From NCBI GenBank assembly GCA_963737155.1, contig CAVTRN010000002.1:1952001-2016000 (forward strand): a stretch of 64,000 bases of DNA. The letters are read 5' to 3'. This document shows, one piece after another, positions 30,921 to 41,257 of this stretch. The position numbers were made by a program, and so were the translations under genes. This DNA is from Nitrospirota bacterium. GTDB taxonomy: Bacteria > Nitrospirota > UBA9217. Position 1 is the stretch's first letter; every line of letters begins with the position of its first letter. The notes below the pieces were generated by a model. The model searched no databases. It saw only the letters and a program-made list of their open reading frames with translations, and was not told the origin of the DNA.

Positions 30921-31631
30921 TTAATTCAGATCCGTTTTCTGCGGTTGAAAATAGAAGAGCACCTGGTTCCCTACTCGCCTTCTCAGAAATCTTAAATGAT
31001 TTGTAATATAATAGATCCCCGGAAGATATGTATATCGATGATTGCGCAGGTTTAGAACCTCGATTGCAAATAGTTTATACCTCCCCACACGTTGGAACAT
31101 CTCGAGAAGTCTTTCTTCGGTGAAATACGGGGATCCAGTAATAGGACCTGATACAGCTATTGATGCGTTCGGCAGTAAAGTGACTAAATTTAACAATGCT
31201 TGGTCTTGCTCATGCTCTTTCAGGTAATAAAGACACTCTAATAGCAAAATTACTGATATATTATTTAACACGTTATTGCCAAAATCATTTTTTGAGATGT
31301 GCAGGGAATCTTTTAATATAAACTGTGTTCTTTTTCTGAGCCCAGGACAGAGAACAACTGCCTTTTGGGCTTGCTGTAAAGCAACAGCAGAAATATCATT
31401 TACAACAACTGTCGCATTCGGAAATGCTCCGCCAAGCTGTGTCGTAAAACTGCCGTCATATGCGCCGATTTCAAGAAAGCCCCCTTTAAAATCAGAGCCA
31501 AGGTGGTTTAACAGGAACTTGATTGTTTTTCGTAGTCTATTCAAAACCGTTTTTTCTTTATATGCCCATGGATCTCCAACTTTGTTGAACCATGAATCAA
31601 AATCTTCCGCAGTTCTCGGTCGGTTTGCCAT
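30921..31631 (-). CDS. SAM-dependent methyltransferase, NodS-like
   Basis: DPW motif near the N-terminus, LEIGAYDG, DISAVAL, ECLYYL. Confidence 0.75.
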   Translation of the reverse strand: MANRPRTAEDFDSWFNKVGDPWAYKEKTVLNRLRKTIKFLLNHLGSDFKGGFLEIGAYDGSFTTQLGGAFPNATVVVNDISAVALQQAQKAVVLCPGLRKRTQFILKDSLHISKNDFGNNVLNNISVILLLECLYYLKEHEQDQALLNLVTLLPNASIAVSGPITGSPYFTEERLLEMFQRVGRYKLFAIEVLNLRNHRYTYLPGIYYITNHLRFLRRRVGNQVLFYFQPQKTDLN

Positions 31632-31737
31632 TAATTATCCTTTAATTCTGAAACAGAAGTTGACGCGGCCATTTATTACTAAATCAATAAGATACTGCAG
31701 TTTATCATTAAGCCAATGGAGATAATTTAAAATGTTA

Positions 31738-32839
31738 CTAAGAACTTCACAAGTAAAGCCTCATATGCTATACTATGAGGCATGAAATGCAAAAAAACTA
31801 CCGACGGACGAGCGTACTCTCACACGACTTTGGAAGAAATGCGACTGGGCGCGGTAAAGCGCATTGAAGCCGGGGAAAGCCCAGAGTTTGTTGCGTTGGG
31901 GCTTGGTATCAACCGCAGAACAATCTATCGATGGCTTTCGGGATACCATTACCAGGGTGAAGCGGGGTTGAGAGCCAAACCGATCCCTGGTGCGCCGACG
32001 AAGGTAAATGCCAAGCAGATGGCGAAGCTTGCCAAAATAGTACGCGAGAAAAATCCGCTGCAAATGAAGTTTGAATACGCCCTGTGGACTCTGGCAATTA
32101 TCCGTGAGTTGATACGACGTGACTTTGGCATCAAATTGAGTGAGGTCTCGGTGGGGCGACTGATGAGACGGCTTGGCTTTACTCCGCAACGCCCCCTGTA
32201 TCGGGCTTGGCAGCAGAATCCTGTGCTGGTGGATCAATGGAAGACGGAAGAATACCCCAAGATCGCTGCGCGTGCCAAGCGAGAAGGCGCGCTGATATTC
32301 TTTGCTGACGAATCGGGCGTCCGGTCGGACTACCACGCCGGTACGACGTGGGGAACCAAGGGGCAAACACCGATCGTGAAAGCTACTGGAGCACGCTACT
32401 CGATGAATATGCTTTCTGCGGTGAATGCCTTGGGACATTTTCGTTTCATGACAGTCGACGGTCGTGTCAATGGCATCGTGTTTCGAGAGTTTTTGGAACG
32501 GCTGATTACTAATATGGACAGAAAGGTTTTTTTGATTGTGGATAGCCATCCTGCCCATAAGTCCAAGTTGGTAAAACAGTTTATTGAGGATAACAGCAAG
32601 AAAATCGAACTGTTCTTCCTGCCGCCTTATTCGCCAGAACTGAATCCTGACGAATTGGCGTGGGCTCATGTGAAGGCAAAAATTGCCAAAGCGACTACAC
32701 AGACCAAGGTCGAGATGAAGTCCATGATCGGACGAGTGATGCGTCGATTGCAAAAGATGCCGGAAATTGTTGAGAGTTTCTTTCATGTGCCTACTTGTGC
32801 GTACGCAAAATTATGAGGTTATACTAACGTAGTTCTTAG
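31738..32839 (+). mobile_element. Intact IS630-family element
   Basis: IRs CTAAGAACT..CCTCATA at both ends; TA duplication at 31736-31737 and 32840-32841, in a TGTTAACA target. Confidence 0.92.
31782..32816 (+). CDS. IS630 transposase, single ORF
   Basis: TIYRW HTH; FADESG, IVDSHPAH, LPPYSPELNPDE. Confidence 0.95.
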   Translation: MKCKKTTDGRAYSHTTLEEMRLGAVKRIEAGESPEFVALGLGINRRTIYRWLSGYHYQGEAGLRAKPIPGAPTKVNAKQMAKLAKIVREKNPLQMKFEYALWTLAIIRELIRRDFGIKLSEVSVGRLMRRLGFTPQRPLYRAWQQNPVLVDQWKTEEYPKIAARAKREGALIFFADESGVRSDYHAGTTWGTKGQTPIVKATGARYSMNMLSAVNALGHFRFMTVDGRVNGIVFREFLERLITNMDRKVFLIVDSHPAHKSKLVKQFIEDNSKKIELFFLPPYSPELNPDELAWAHVKAKIAKATTQTKVEMKSMIGRVMRRLQKMPEIVESFFHVPTCAYAKL

Positions 32840-33597
32840 TAACACAGTAATTATAACTGGCGATAATGAGTTCCTTTTAAACGACTAATTTATTTTTAAC
32901 TGTGAATTAAGATTTCTTAATGGTCTAAAAAGTCTGAACAATTCACTGCGTACTGGGTTGTTTCACCATCTACCTATTGCCGATGCTAAAACCGTCAGCG
33001 AGCCGGCCATCCTTTTACAACTATGGCGTAAATTATGTAAAGGAGATATGATTCTAGTTACGATCATTAAATGAAGGTTCGGTCGTTGGACAAGCACCTC
33101 TTTCGCTAAATATGTGGATTTTTTTTGGATAACGAATCCATATTTTTTCTTTGAGATGCAATTCCTGTAGCTTGCTACAAGGTCAAATTAGAGAGAGGAG
33201 AGCACGAGAAGCCGCAGGCTTTCATATGATAACCATTTCATGGATGCCACGCAGCTCGCTGTGAGGATATTTTTTACGTATGGTTCCAAGGTTTAATCCT
33301 TATTGAATTGGCTATAAATATCACATCAGACTTATCGAATAAGTTGTAAACAACGATGAGTGAAAATAGCAATTGAAAATGAGCCGTCGATGCAACTCTA
33401 AATCAGCGTAATGGCTATGCCAGCATGCGAGACATTTCTTTAAAAGCTGATTTTTCATCCACAGATTCAGATGAGGAGCCTTATAATTTATCTTATTTTA
33501 TCCGGCGAAACTGCAAATTCCCATACTAAAAGCTATAGCGCATAGGTTTTTATTAATATGCGGTCATAGATCATAATGGTCTAAATATATCTAGTTA

Positions 33598-34794
33598 TTA
33601 TAATACTGTTAACAATAGACTTGTAATCCGGTCAATCTCTTCTTCGGTCAATTCTGGGTTATTGGGAAAATAAAAACCATGATTGTGGATAAAATCTGCT
33701 TCAGGCAGATTCCATGTGGAATCATTATACTTACTGAAAAAAGGTTGCCTTGCCATGTTGCCACCAACTATAGGACGAATTTCAATACCGTTCTTTTTAA
33801 ACGCTTCTCGACATTTTATGAAATCATCAACCCCTCTGCAGATAACAGGGTAGGCGAAATTAGAAATAACGTCTAGGTGATCGCATTTGAAAGGCAATAT
33901 ATGCGGATTTCCGATGGCGGCATTGTAAAACCGACCAAAATTGGATTCTCGTTTATCAATGATAGTCTGTGCTACTTCCATCTGTAAAAGACCTAAAAAT
34001 CCGGTAATCTCCGTGGGGCGCAAGTTGAAACCCAAATCATAGAACGTATAGAGATCATAAAAGGAATCAACTTGAAAGCGTTCACGCAATTGATTTTGAA
34101 CTTCCGGGGTTGAACTGCGATCCCACCCATGGGCCCGAACAATTTTCAACATTTCGTATAACTGCTGGTCGTTAGTGCAGACCATGCCTCCTTCAATAGT
34201 TGAAAGATGGTGACCAACATATGTAGAGAAAGTAGAAGCAAACCCAAAGTTACCTAATTTCCGTCCCTGATAGATTGATCCAAAAGATTCACAGTTATCT
34301 TCGAGCAAGAGAATTCCCCGGCTGTCGCAAATAGCAGCAATCGACTCCAAGTCGCTACAGAAACCAAGTATATGTGAGATAAAAAAAGCCTTAATATCTG
34401 GTTGTTGGCGAAGCGTTGCCAAGAGGTTCCCCGACCCGACGTTCAAAGTCTCTCGCTCAATGTCTACAGGTATAGGCACGAGTCCTAGTTGCATAAGCGG
34501 CATAACGTTTGTAGACCACGTGACAGCAGAGAAGGCAACTTTGTCTCCTCGGTTCAAATGACCCAAATTAAGAAGTGCTTGGATCAGAGCAAGATTCGCT
34601 GAGCTGCCACTATTGTAAAGAGCAGTAAAATTACGTCCTTGAAAAGAGGAAAAGGCATCTTCGAAAGTACTACACTGTTCTCCCATACTGAGACGGGTAG
34701 AACTCATAATAAAGTCTGCCAAGCGTCTTTTAATTTCATGCTCACCATAAAATGTTGATTTGATAAGGCTGATCGTTTCCAGGTTTGTTTTCAT
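33598..34794 (-). CDS. PLP/PMP-dependent sugar 3-dehydratase, ColD-like (DegT family)
   Basis: NSGSSANL, LEDNCES, STYVGHHLSTIEGG (His where aminotransferases have Lys), RAHGW; lacks the Fe-S Cys cluster of E1/RfbH. Confidence 0.82.
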   Translation of the reverse strand: MKTNLETISLIKSTFYGEHEIKRRLADFIMSSTRLSMGEQCSTFEDAFSSFQGRNFTALYNSGSSANLALIQALLNLGHLNRGDKVAFSAVTWSTNVMPLMQLGLVPIPVDIERETLNVGSGNLLATLRQQPDIKAFFISHILGFCSDLESIAAICDSRGILLLEDNCESFGSIYQGRKLGNFGFASTFSTYVGHHLSTIEGGMVCTNDQQLYEMLKIVRAHGWDRSSTPEVQNQLRERFQVDSFYDLYTFYDLGFNLRPTEITGFLGLLQMEVAQTIIDKRESNFGRFYNAAIGNPHILPFKCDHLDVISNFAYPVICRGVDDFIKCREAFKKNGIEIRPIVGGNMARQPFFSKYNDSTWNLPEADFIHNHGFYFPNNPELTEEEIDRITSLLLTVL

Positions 34795-35741
34795 TGGCTC
34801 CCTCTATCGTCATGACAAGCTTTTATATTTTTTATCCTGAATAATAATTTTATATATTGTTTCAATTTGGCTCTAAAGGAATAGGAAAATAGTTTTCGCG
34901 TAGCATCAACTATTCTAGGGTCAACTTTCAAGTTAGATGGTAAAGTGAACGTATTTTCCCATTCAGTAAGTTTGCTCTGCAAATATTCGTTTTCTGTACC
35001 GCAGTGAACGCCGGTGCCATCAAAACCAATATTTATAACTAAGTTACCGACAGGGGCGACTGAAAGCAATCCCAGTTTAAAACAAGAATAGTCGAAGCGT
35101 ATAGACCAGGAATCCATTGCTCCTGCCATTTGCATGTCCAACATCGAAGACATGTCTGGACCTGCAACGTTAAACTCCCTTCGTGCTCTACGATCATTCC
35201 TGAAATGATTATAGTCTTTTACATCCCAATCAATGCCACGCCACACTCGCCTCCATGTCCCCCACCCCCAGCTGCTATGACGATAGGTCAGATAGACTCG
35301 TTCCAAATAGTCAGGCGGTATAGAAAGCGGTAGGCTGTAACCAGAAACAGAGCTAATCTTTGGATTATCTTGGTAAATATTGAGCGCCTTATTCATAAAC
35401 GTCAGAAAACTTGGTGATGTGATAAGGTCGTCTTCAATGACAATTACTTTGTCGAATCTGTCTAAAATGTCTGATACTCCACTTATTATGGAATTTGCCA
35501 AGCCAAGATTTTGAACTTGTTCAACAATGTTAACTTGCGCGAACCCATTGACCGCTTTTAAGTATTGGCGAACCTCAGTAACCTTCTCCATATTGCTGGC
35601 GTTCTTCGGGCCATCGGAGAAAACAAAGAGTTCGCTCTGTTTTGCAAGTTGATTTTTTTGGAGTTCTTCTAATACCTTACGAATATGATCAGGACGATTA
35701 TATGCAAACAGTGCAATGGGCGCAATATTTTGCATATTCAA
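34791..35741 (-). CDS. Glycosyltransferase (GT-A fold)
   Basis: APIALFAYNRP, FSDGPK, NLGLANSII.GV, IVIEDDL, SWGWGTW. Confidence 0.88.
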   Translation of the reverse strand: MNMQNIAPIALFAYNRPDHIRKVLEELQKNQLAKQSELFVFSDGPKNASNMEKVTEVRQYLKAVNGFAQVNIVEQVQNLGLANSIISGVSDILDRFDKVIVIEDDLITSPSFLTFMNKALNIYQDNPKISSVSGYSLPLSIPPDYLERVYLTYRHSSWGWGTWRRVWRGIDWDVKDYNHFRNDRRARREFNVAGPDMSSMLDMQMAGAMDSWSIRFDYSCFKLGLLSVAPVGNLVINIGFDGTGVHCGTENEYLQSKLTEWENTFTLPSNLKVDPRIVDATRKLFSYSFRAKLKQYIKLLFRIKNIKACHDDRGSQ

Positions 35742-36349
35742 TTCTTAAATGCATCAACAATCAGTGAAGTATAGTTGAGATTACCATCTTTGTTTCTTTC
35801 ATCAAAGCGGCTTGAACGTATAATCAAACCGTCAGTTGAATCCCATTTTTCATAATGGAAAAGATGGTTTTCATCAAAATACTCTAATAACCGTACCTCA
35901 AATCCGACTGATTGCAGCAATTTGGTTAGCGTTAAATAGTTGTACAATACTTTATGATCATCAGAGCCAAGCCCTGAACCACCAGGATTTACTGATTTTA
36001 TGTAATTGTCAGAAAAATGATACCCGTCAGGAACCGCAATACGTAAATATCCCTTCGGTTTAAGGAACCGGAAACAGTTCTGCGCCGCCAGAAAAGCATC
36101 TTCCTTTGTGAGATGTTCCCAAACGTGTTCAGCAAGTATTGCGTCTATCGAGTCTTGACAAAAATACTTCTCCCAATTTCTACGGATTAATAAATTGAGA
36201 TTTTGAATATCTGTCGGATACCATCCTTGTTGATACACACCAGATGCACCAATTACGAGCTTAATCGATCTATTCCGAATAAATAATCGTAAGTTAATAT
36301 CCTGACAAACAACATTTAGTCGATGCTTTACTGAAGCTAAAATTGACAT
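35738..36349 (-). CDS. Methyltransferase-domain protein
   Basis: LAEHVWEHL, LKPKGYLRIAVPD. Confidence 0.85.
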   Translation of the reverse strand: MSILASVKHRLNVVCQDINLRLFIRNRSIKLVIGASGVYQQGWYPTDIQNLNLLIRRNWEKYFCQDSIDAILAEHVWEHLTKEDAFLAAQNCFRFLKPKGYLRIAVPDGYHFSDNYIKSVNPGGSGLGSDDHKVLYNYLTLTKLLQSVGFEVRLLEYFDENHLFHYEKWDSTDGLIIRSSRFDERNKDGNLNYTSLIVDAFKN

Positions 36350-36354
36350 ATTAA

Positions 36355-36829
36355 TATCCCTATATACCCAGTATATGGTTTTTATCTCTAGAAAATGGAG
36401 GTTTCCGATTTAACATTAATAATGGGGCACATTCCAATGAACTCTATTTTATTAAAACCATTTGCAGAAGATATTCAATGCTTTCTCCATATTATTCTTG
36501 ATCACAGTTATCTAAAATTATGACATCTCCTGATGTCAAAGTCGCAAACGAATTTTTAACAAATTATTAACGGTCTCAAAATAGTCTGAACATTAAGCAG
36601 CGTACTTTGTTGTTTCGCCATTAAAGTAGGCTTGCACACGATCCCTCTTTTTTTAGGTAATCGATGGCGGATAAGTTATCCAAGGTAAAGGCTTACCTTC
36701 AGAATCAACGAAAATATTTTTTTGGAAACTTTTAAACCAGCCATCTTCTCTGAGAGACAGCGAATAAATTCCTAATTTATTCGCTATGATATTTATAGAT
36801 CACTTAATAGTCTTTTGAAAATAACTCAT
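36355..36829 (-). pseudogene. Degraded methyltransferase-like gene with its centre replaced
   Basis: 5' part EDGWFKSF..VDSEGKPLPWITY..IDYLK and 3' part GDVIILDNCD..GFNKIEFIGMCPI..TSIF, with stops and frameshifts; a foreign ~55-bp motif sits in the middle. Confidence 0.65.
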
Positions 36830-38187
36830 TACCAGATTTTTGGATAAATAATAGATTTTGTCAGCATAACACCCGTCCTGAACATCGGCTTATACAGAAA
36901 ACAAGAACCATGAGCAGCAAACCAATAGGCTACGCACGTAGCAATTGCGGCTCCCATTCCGCCGTAGCGTGGGATAAGGACAATGTTGAGCAATACATTC
37001 ACAATAGAACCTAAAAAAACAGTTAAAAAATGCACACGTGTCCAGTTCATCGATATAAGAAAGGAGCTTCGCGCGACGCCTAAATTAACAAATAGTCCGG
37101 CCCATATAAGCACTGCCAGCATAGGCCCAGCTTTCGAATATGAAACACCAAAAAGAATTTCGACTAATGGAACAGAAAAAAAGGTTACCGGGATCGCAAT
37201 AATATACCCAAATAGTGACATTGCATTATAAAGTTTTTGTAAACGCTCAAAAAAGAGTGTTTGGTTTTCATGAAGAACAGACACTAAACTTGGGAAAGTA
37301 GAGGATACAATAGCCATGGGTATAAAGTACCATAGCTCGGAGAGGCGGACAGCAACAGAATAGACTCCAACTTCACTTGGCCCAACTATTTCACCAATCA
37401 TTATCTGGTCTATCCGCATATATACCATTATGACTATTCCAGAAAAAATAAGGGGCCAGCTATCTAGAATTAGTTTTTTACCTACTTCATAGCTTCTTCT
37501 CCAAGAAGAAACCAATCCGCCACTTATACGATAAGCAAGCAAAAGCCCTAGTGATCCCATCACTATTTCAATTGTCGCGACCCATGCAAAATAAATGAGC
37601 GGTGCTTTTATAACAATTAACACGATCTTAATTAATGAACTAGCAATATAGGCGCTATTTTTTGCATAAACAGTATACTTAGATCGTACTTGAGACTGAA
37701 AAGACAAGTCAATGACATCAACAGCCTGAAATATTGTGCCTAGTGACGTTATTCCCACGAGCCAATGCATAAGGTGGTCGTTTGGTCGTAGAACCAGGAT
37801 TGCTGTCATAGTTAATATAAAAGCAGCCAATCCACCGCACAATTTAAGAATAAAGGCACTTCCAAGGATTACTTCTTTGTATTCTGGTTCTTTAACTATA
37901 TCTCTAATAACGATGCCATCAAGCCCAAGTGATGCAATTGCCGAGAAAAGAGCAACAAAAGCTCCAGAATAGCTTAAAAGGCCATACTGTGCAGGTTTTA
38001 AATATCGGGCAACCCAAACACCAATAAAAAGGCCACCCACCAAACGCAGAAACCGATCAAAAAAAAGCCAGCCTGTATTTGCGATGATATTCTGCAGGCC
38101 GCGACGTCCTTTCAATCGTTGAAGGAGAAATGATGGCAAATATTGATCAACCTGCACTTTGAACCGTCCTTCGCCTCTTTTCGACAT
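36829..38187 (-). CDS. wzx: Wzx flippase
   Basis: NTGWL, VARYL..YGLLSY, LGLDGIVIR, YMRIDQIMI, GVYSVAVRL, LIPRYGGMGAAIAT. Confidence 0.93.
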   Translation of the reverse strand: MSKRGEGRFKVQVDQYLPSFLLQRLKGRRGLQNIIANTGWLFFDRFLRLVGGLFIGVWVARYLKPAQYGLLSYSGAFVALFSAIASLGLDGIVIRDIVKEPEYKEVILGSAFILKLCGGLAAFILTMTAILVLRPNDHLMHWLVGITSLGTIFQAVDVIDLSFQSQVRSKYTVYAKNSAYIASSLIKIVLIVIKAPLIYFAWVATIEIVMGSLGLLLAYRISGGLVSSWRRSYEVGKKLILDSWPLIFSGIVIMVYMRIDQIMIGEIVGPSEVGVYSVAVRLSELWYFIPMAIVSSTFPSLVSVLHENQTLFFERLQKLYNAMSLFGYIIAIPVTFFSVPLVEILFGVSYSKAGPMLAVLIWAGLFVNLGVARSSFLISMNWTRVHFLTVFLGSIVNVLLNIVLIPRYGGMGAAIATCVAYWFAAHGSCFLYKPMFRTGVMLTKSIIYPKIW

Positions 38188-38752
38188 TTCGATGGTGTAT
38201 GAAGCACCGATTTAACATTCTATCTTATTGTTAAATAGCAAAAAATGCGGTTTTCAATAGTTTTCTCGTCGATTGGTCTGTTTCAATCTATTTCAGCGGC
38301 CCGGTTTTTGGGACTTCGCGGTTCACCACGTCCTCACCGGGAAGTGGCTTCAAATCCTGAAATCCTGATCAGTCCGGATTACACTCGGCCTGCGTTGATC
38401 GGCTTTTTCTTTCGTCGTGGCATTACTGAGGCAAGGTGAGTCACTCCTCCACCGCCCTTGATTGCTAAAAGCAGCTTTCTCGCATAACCGCTGCTCAGGA
38501 TCTAAAACAAGCGATGAAGAGTTTGCCTTGACTTCTGCCAGATGTCTTTCCAACCCCAATTGTTCTTAGCCTGATTGAGCATGCTCTCAATCGGCGCTCA
38601 CCTAGCATATATCCAGATGGCGCCAGATGCCGAGTCAAATTAGAGGCAAGGATCAGCCGGTCCTTCGGCATGCTATCCCTATCGTCTTCGATGGACGATT
38701 AGACTGCGATGACGTGTTGTTCAGATACTGTAGTTGGTGGATTAGTGGCATT

Positions 38753-39025
38753 TCATCGGTAAACCAGATAAGTCTGAATGACAAACTCGGTCTCGTCGAG
38801 CATGATGCTAATCAAGAGTTCAATGAATATGGGCACCAACCGAAGCGGTAACACCTCGACCAAATACGTGCTAACGTGGAACAGAACATGACGAATGTCG
38901 GTGCATTCTAACGAGTTCAAAATGGCAGCCTCCGGAAGATTTAAATGAACATCTATTTCCGGATGCCCATACTGACTGTCATGTAAAGTATTTTTTATAT
39001 TTTTATAAACTTTTTTTGAAAACAT
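38753..39025 (-). CDS. Possible small hypothetical protein
   Basis: 90-aa ORF; GGAGG lies very close to the ATG; no motif recognised. Confidence 0.25.
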   Translation of the reverse strand: MFSKKVYKNIKNTLHDSQYGHPEIDVHLNLPEAAILNSLECTDIRHVLFHVSTYLVEVLPLRLVPIFIELLISIMLDETEFVIQTYLVYR

Positions 39026-39715
39026 TTCCTCCGCGTGAGGATTATGACAGTCTAACGTATATCTCTTGTTTGTAATTTATTGTTTTGATATGGCTCCGCC
39101 CCGTCAGTCACATTCAACAAATCAAGAATATGCCGATGAACGGTATGCGATGGCTTCTATTGAATCGCTTGGTTCTAAACGCGCCTGTCTAAATTCAGGT
39201 GCATCTTAATCATGGTGCTTTAAAAACTGATACTCTTCATATTTGTATTGATAGTCAATTCTTCCCAGATTGAGTGGTATAGCAATTACGATTTGAATGC
39301 GCGAGATACTCGCCTATGCTGGAGGACTGTAGCTGGTGTGGACGAAGAGATAGCAAAGGAAGAGGGAAATTGGTATTCGTTGCTGTCTGTTCTAAGCGCA
39401 CTAATACGTTCCATCGAGGGAAGACTGCATCGTGCCGTTACCCTCGTCATCCGTTCGAACACCAGAAATTTTGGTAGTCCATGCACACAGGCGGGACGCC
39501 GACGTTTCTGATCATAAATGTTTTCGTTTTGAAGATTTTAGATAATAAAGCAATACCTTTTTATTATCCGTTATTATATAGAATGACAATTAAAATGTAA
39601 AGAAAATAAATTAAAATATAGACTTGCAACTCTCCAAAAGATTTGAGGAAAAATGGAAGCAGGCTCGATTATTCAATTGGATAACTGTTATTGGAATAAG
39701 ATCCCAATGCCTACG

Positions 39716-41074
39716 TTATAAACGGACTTCAATACCTAATCCTGAGATGATTTCATCCCGTCTGGTTCCGGGATGGATGTCGAACAGCGTTGGGTCGGTG
39801 CTCAAATTCAAATTCCGGTAATGGTTATAAATCAGGTCGGCGAAAAGTGTAAGGGTTTTTGAGAATCTGTACGATGGCTTTATGCCGACTTCGTATCTAA
39901 ATTGCGGTGGTGGAAAAGCAGCAGCATCATTTTGCTGTTCACCCTGCCGCTCCTGGTCATAGAATAATTTCGTATTCCATGGATTATCATGAACATCAAA
40001 TTCAAAATACAGATCGTCGGCCAAATTACCGGCAGAATCGCCCATTATAACTCCTTCCCGGACATTTGTTATATTGTACCAAGGTACAGTGTTAATATTA
40101 TTGGCATATTCAAAATGAAATTCTGTGTTTTCCGTGCTCAATGCTAGTCCGGCACGCCACGCTGTATTCATTAATACAATCCCCAATCCTTTCCATGCGA
40201 GACCTCGGTCGACAGTCTTCCACCAAGCGTAATAATCGTCGAATGCATACTCGCCATAGATTTTTCCGCCTGTAAAGAAAGAAATATCGGCCAGAAACGG
40301 CATATCAATGGCAAGATCGAAGCTACACTTCGTGGAGCTAGTTCCCGCTTCGGCTCCGGTCGTAGAAAAAAATACACCAGGATATTCGTATAGAGCATAG
40401 TGTTTCGTTTCCGGGATATAGACGACTTCATTGAATCCCAATTGGACAATGGACGTTGGTAACCAGGTCAGGCTCTGGCCGAGCAGGCTTGAATTATCCG
40501 ACCATCCGCGAAATATGTCGTACTTAAAATCACCGAGCGACGATAAAAACCAGGGAAATCTGAATGGTTCATCCGTCTTGACCCTGGCTAAAAGGAAGTC
40601 GTCGGCATTGTCCGACAGCAAAAAAGATCCGTGATATCCCACCCCGACCCAGATCGAGTCCCGACCGACTTCCCAGGACCAGATGCCCGTCTTCAGTACT
40701 CCAAAGACTTTCTTGATCGTGGGCTCAGCGTTCAGAAATTCCGCCTTGTAATAAACCGAAAATCGATCGTCGTATTTCGCGCCGCCTTCGATATCGGTAA
40801 ATAAATTGTAATCTTCTTTCAGGCATCTGCCTTCCTCATTGGCAAAGCAATAGACGTGTTTTGACGCGTCGGGATCGTAAATTCCTTCAATGGTGATTTT
40901 ATCGATTGGTTTTATGACAAAAGGACTGCTGACCGGCATTGATTCTCCTGTGACATTAATATTTTCAATGGGTTCATCGGCGCGAGCAGTTGGCGGCACC
41001 ATAAGCAGGATAAGTACGACTAACATTGATAGAAAGACTGACCGAGCAGGTGTTATCTTATTCTCTATCTTCAA
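39716..41074 (-). CDS. Wzi-family capsule-assembly outer-membrane protein
   Basis: Signal peptide (TARA); EVGRDSIWVG.GYHGSFLLSDNA and YGEYA..D motifs; beta-strand C-terminus. Confidence 0.75.
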   Translation of the reverse strand: MKIENKITPARSVFLSMLVVLILLMVPPTARADEPIENINVTGESMPVSSPFVIKPIDKITIEGIYDPDASKHVYCFANEEGRCLKEDYNLFTDIEGGAKYDDRFSVYYKAEFLNAEPTIKKVFGVLKTGIWSWEVGRDSIWVGVGYHGSFLLSDNADDFLLARVKTDEPFRFPWFLSSLGDFKYDIFRGWSDNSSLLGQSLTWLPTSIVQLGFNEVVYIPETKHYALYEYPGVFFSTTGAEAGTSSTKCSFDLAIDMPFLADISFFTGGKIYGEYAFDDYYAWWKTVDRGLAWKGLGIVLMNTAWRAGLALSTENTEFHFEYANNINTVPWYNITNVREGVIMGDSAGNLADDLYFEFDVHDNPWNTKLFYDQERQGEQQNDAAAFPPPQFRYEVGIKPSYRFSKTLTLFADLIYNHYRNLNLSTDPTLFDIHPGTRRDEIISGLGIEVRL

Positions 41075-41257
41075 AACTTTCTCCGTGGTCCAAGTTTCTT
41101 ATTAACCGTTTGATCCATCTGAAAAGTCGATATTTCAGCTTGTTCAAAGCGTTATTGTTGAATAATGCCTTTAAAAAAGATAGATTCCGAACAAACCGGA
41201 ATACTGACAATAAAAAAGAAAAACACGGTTTTATCTAATAAAGTTGGCGAAAAATAC

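Noticed and set aside
31773-32786. 337-aa minus-strand ORF
   Set aside because: Antisense shadow of the IS630 transposase
38245-39511. IS remnant and short ORFs between wzx and wzi
   Set aside because: GC-richer patches suggest mobile debris, but I could not establish any catalytic motif or paired ends
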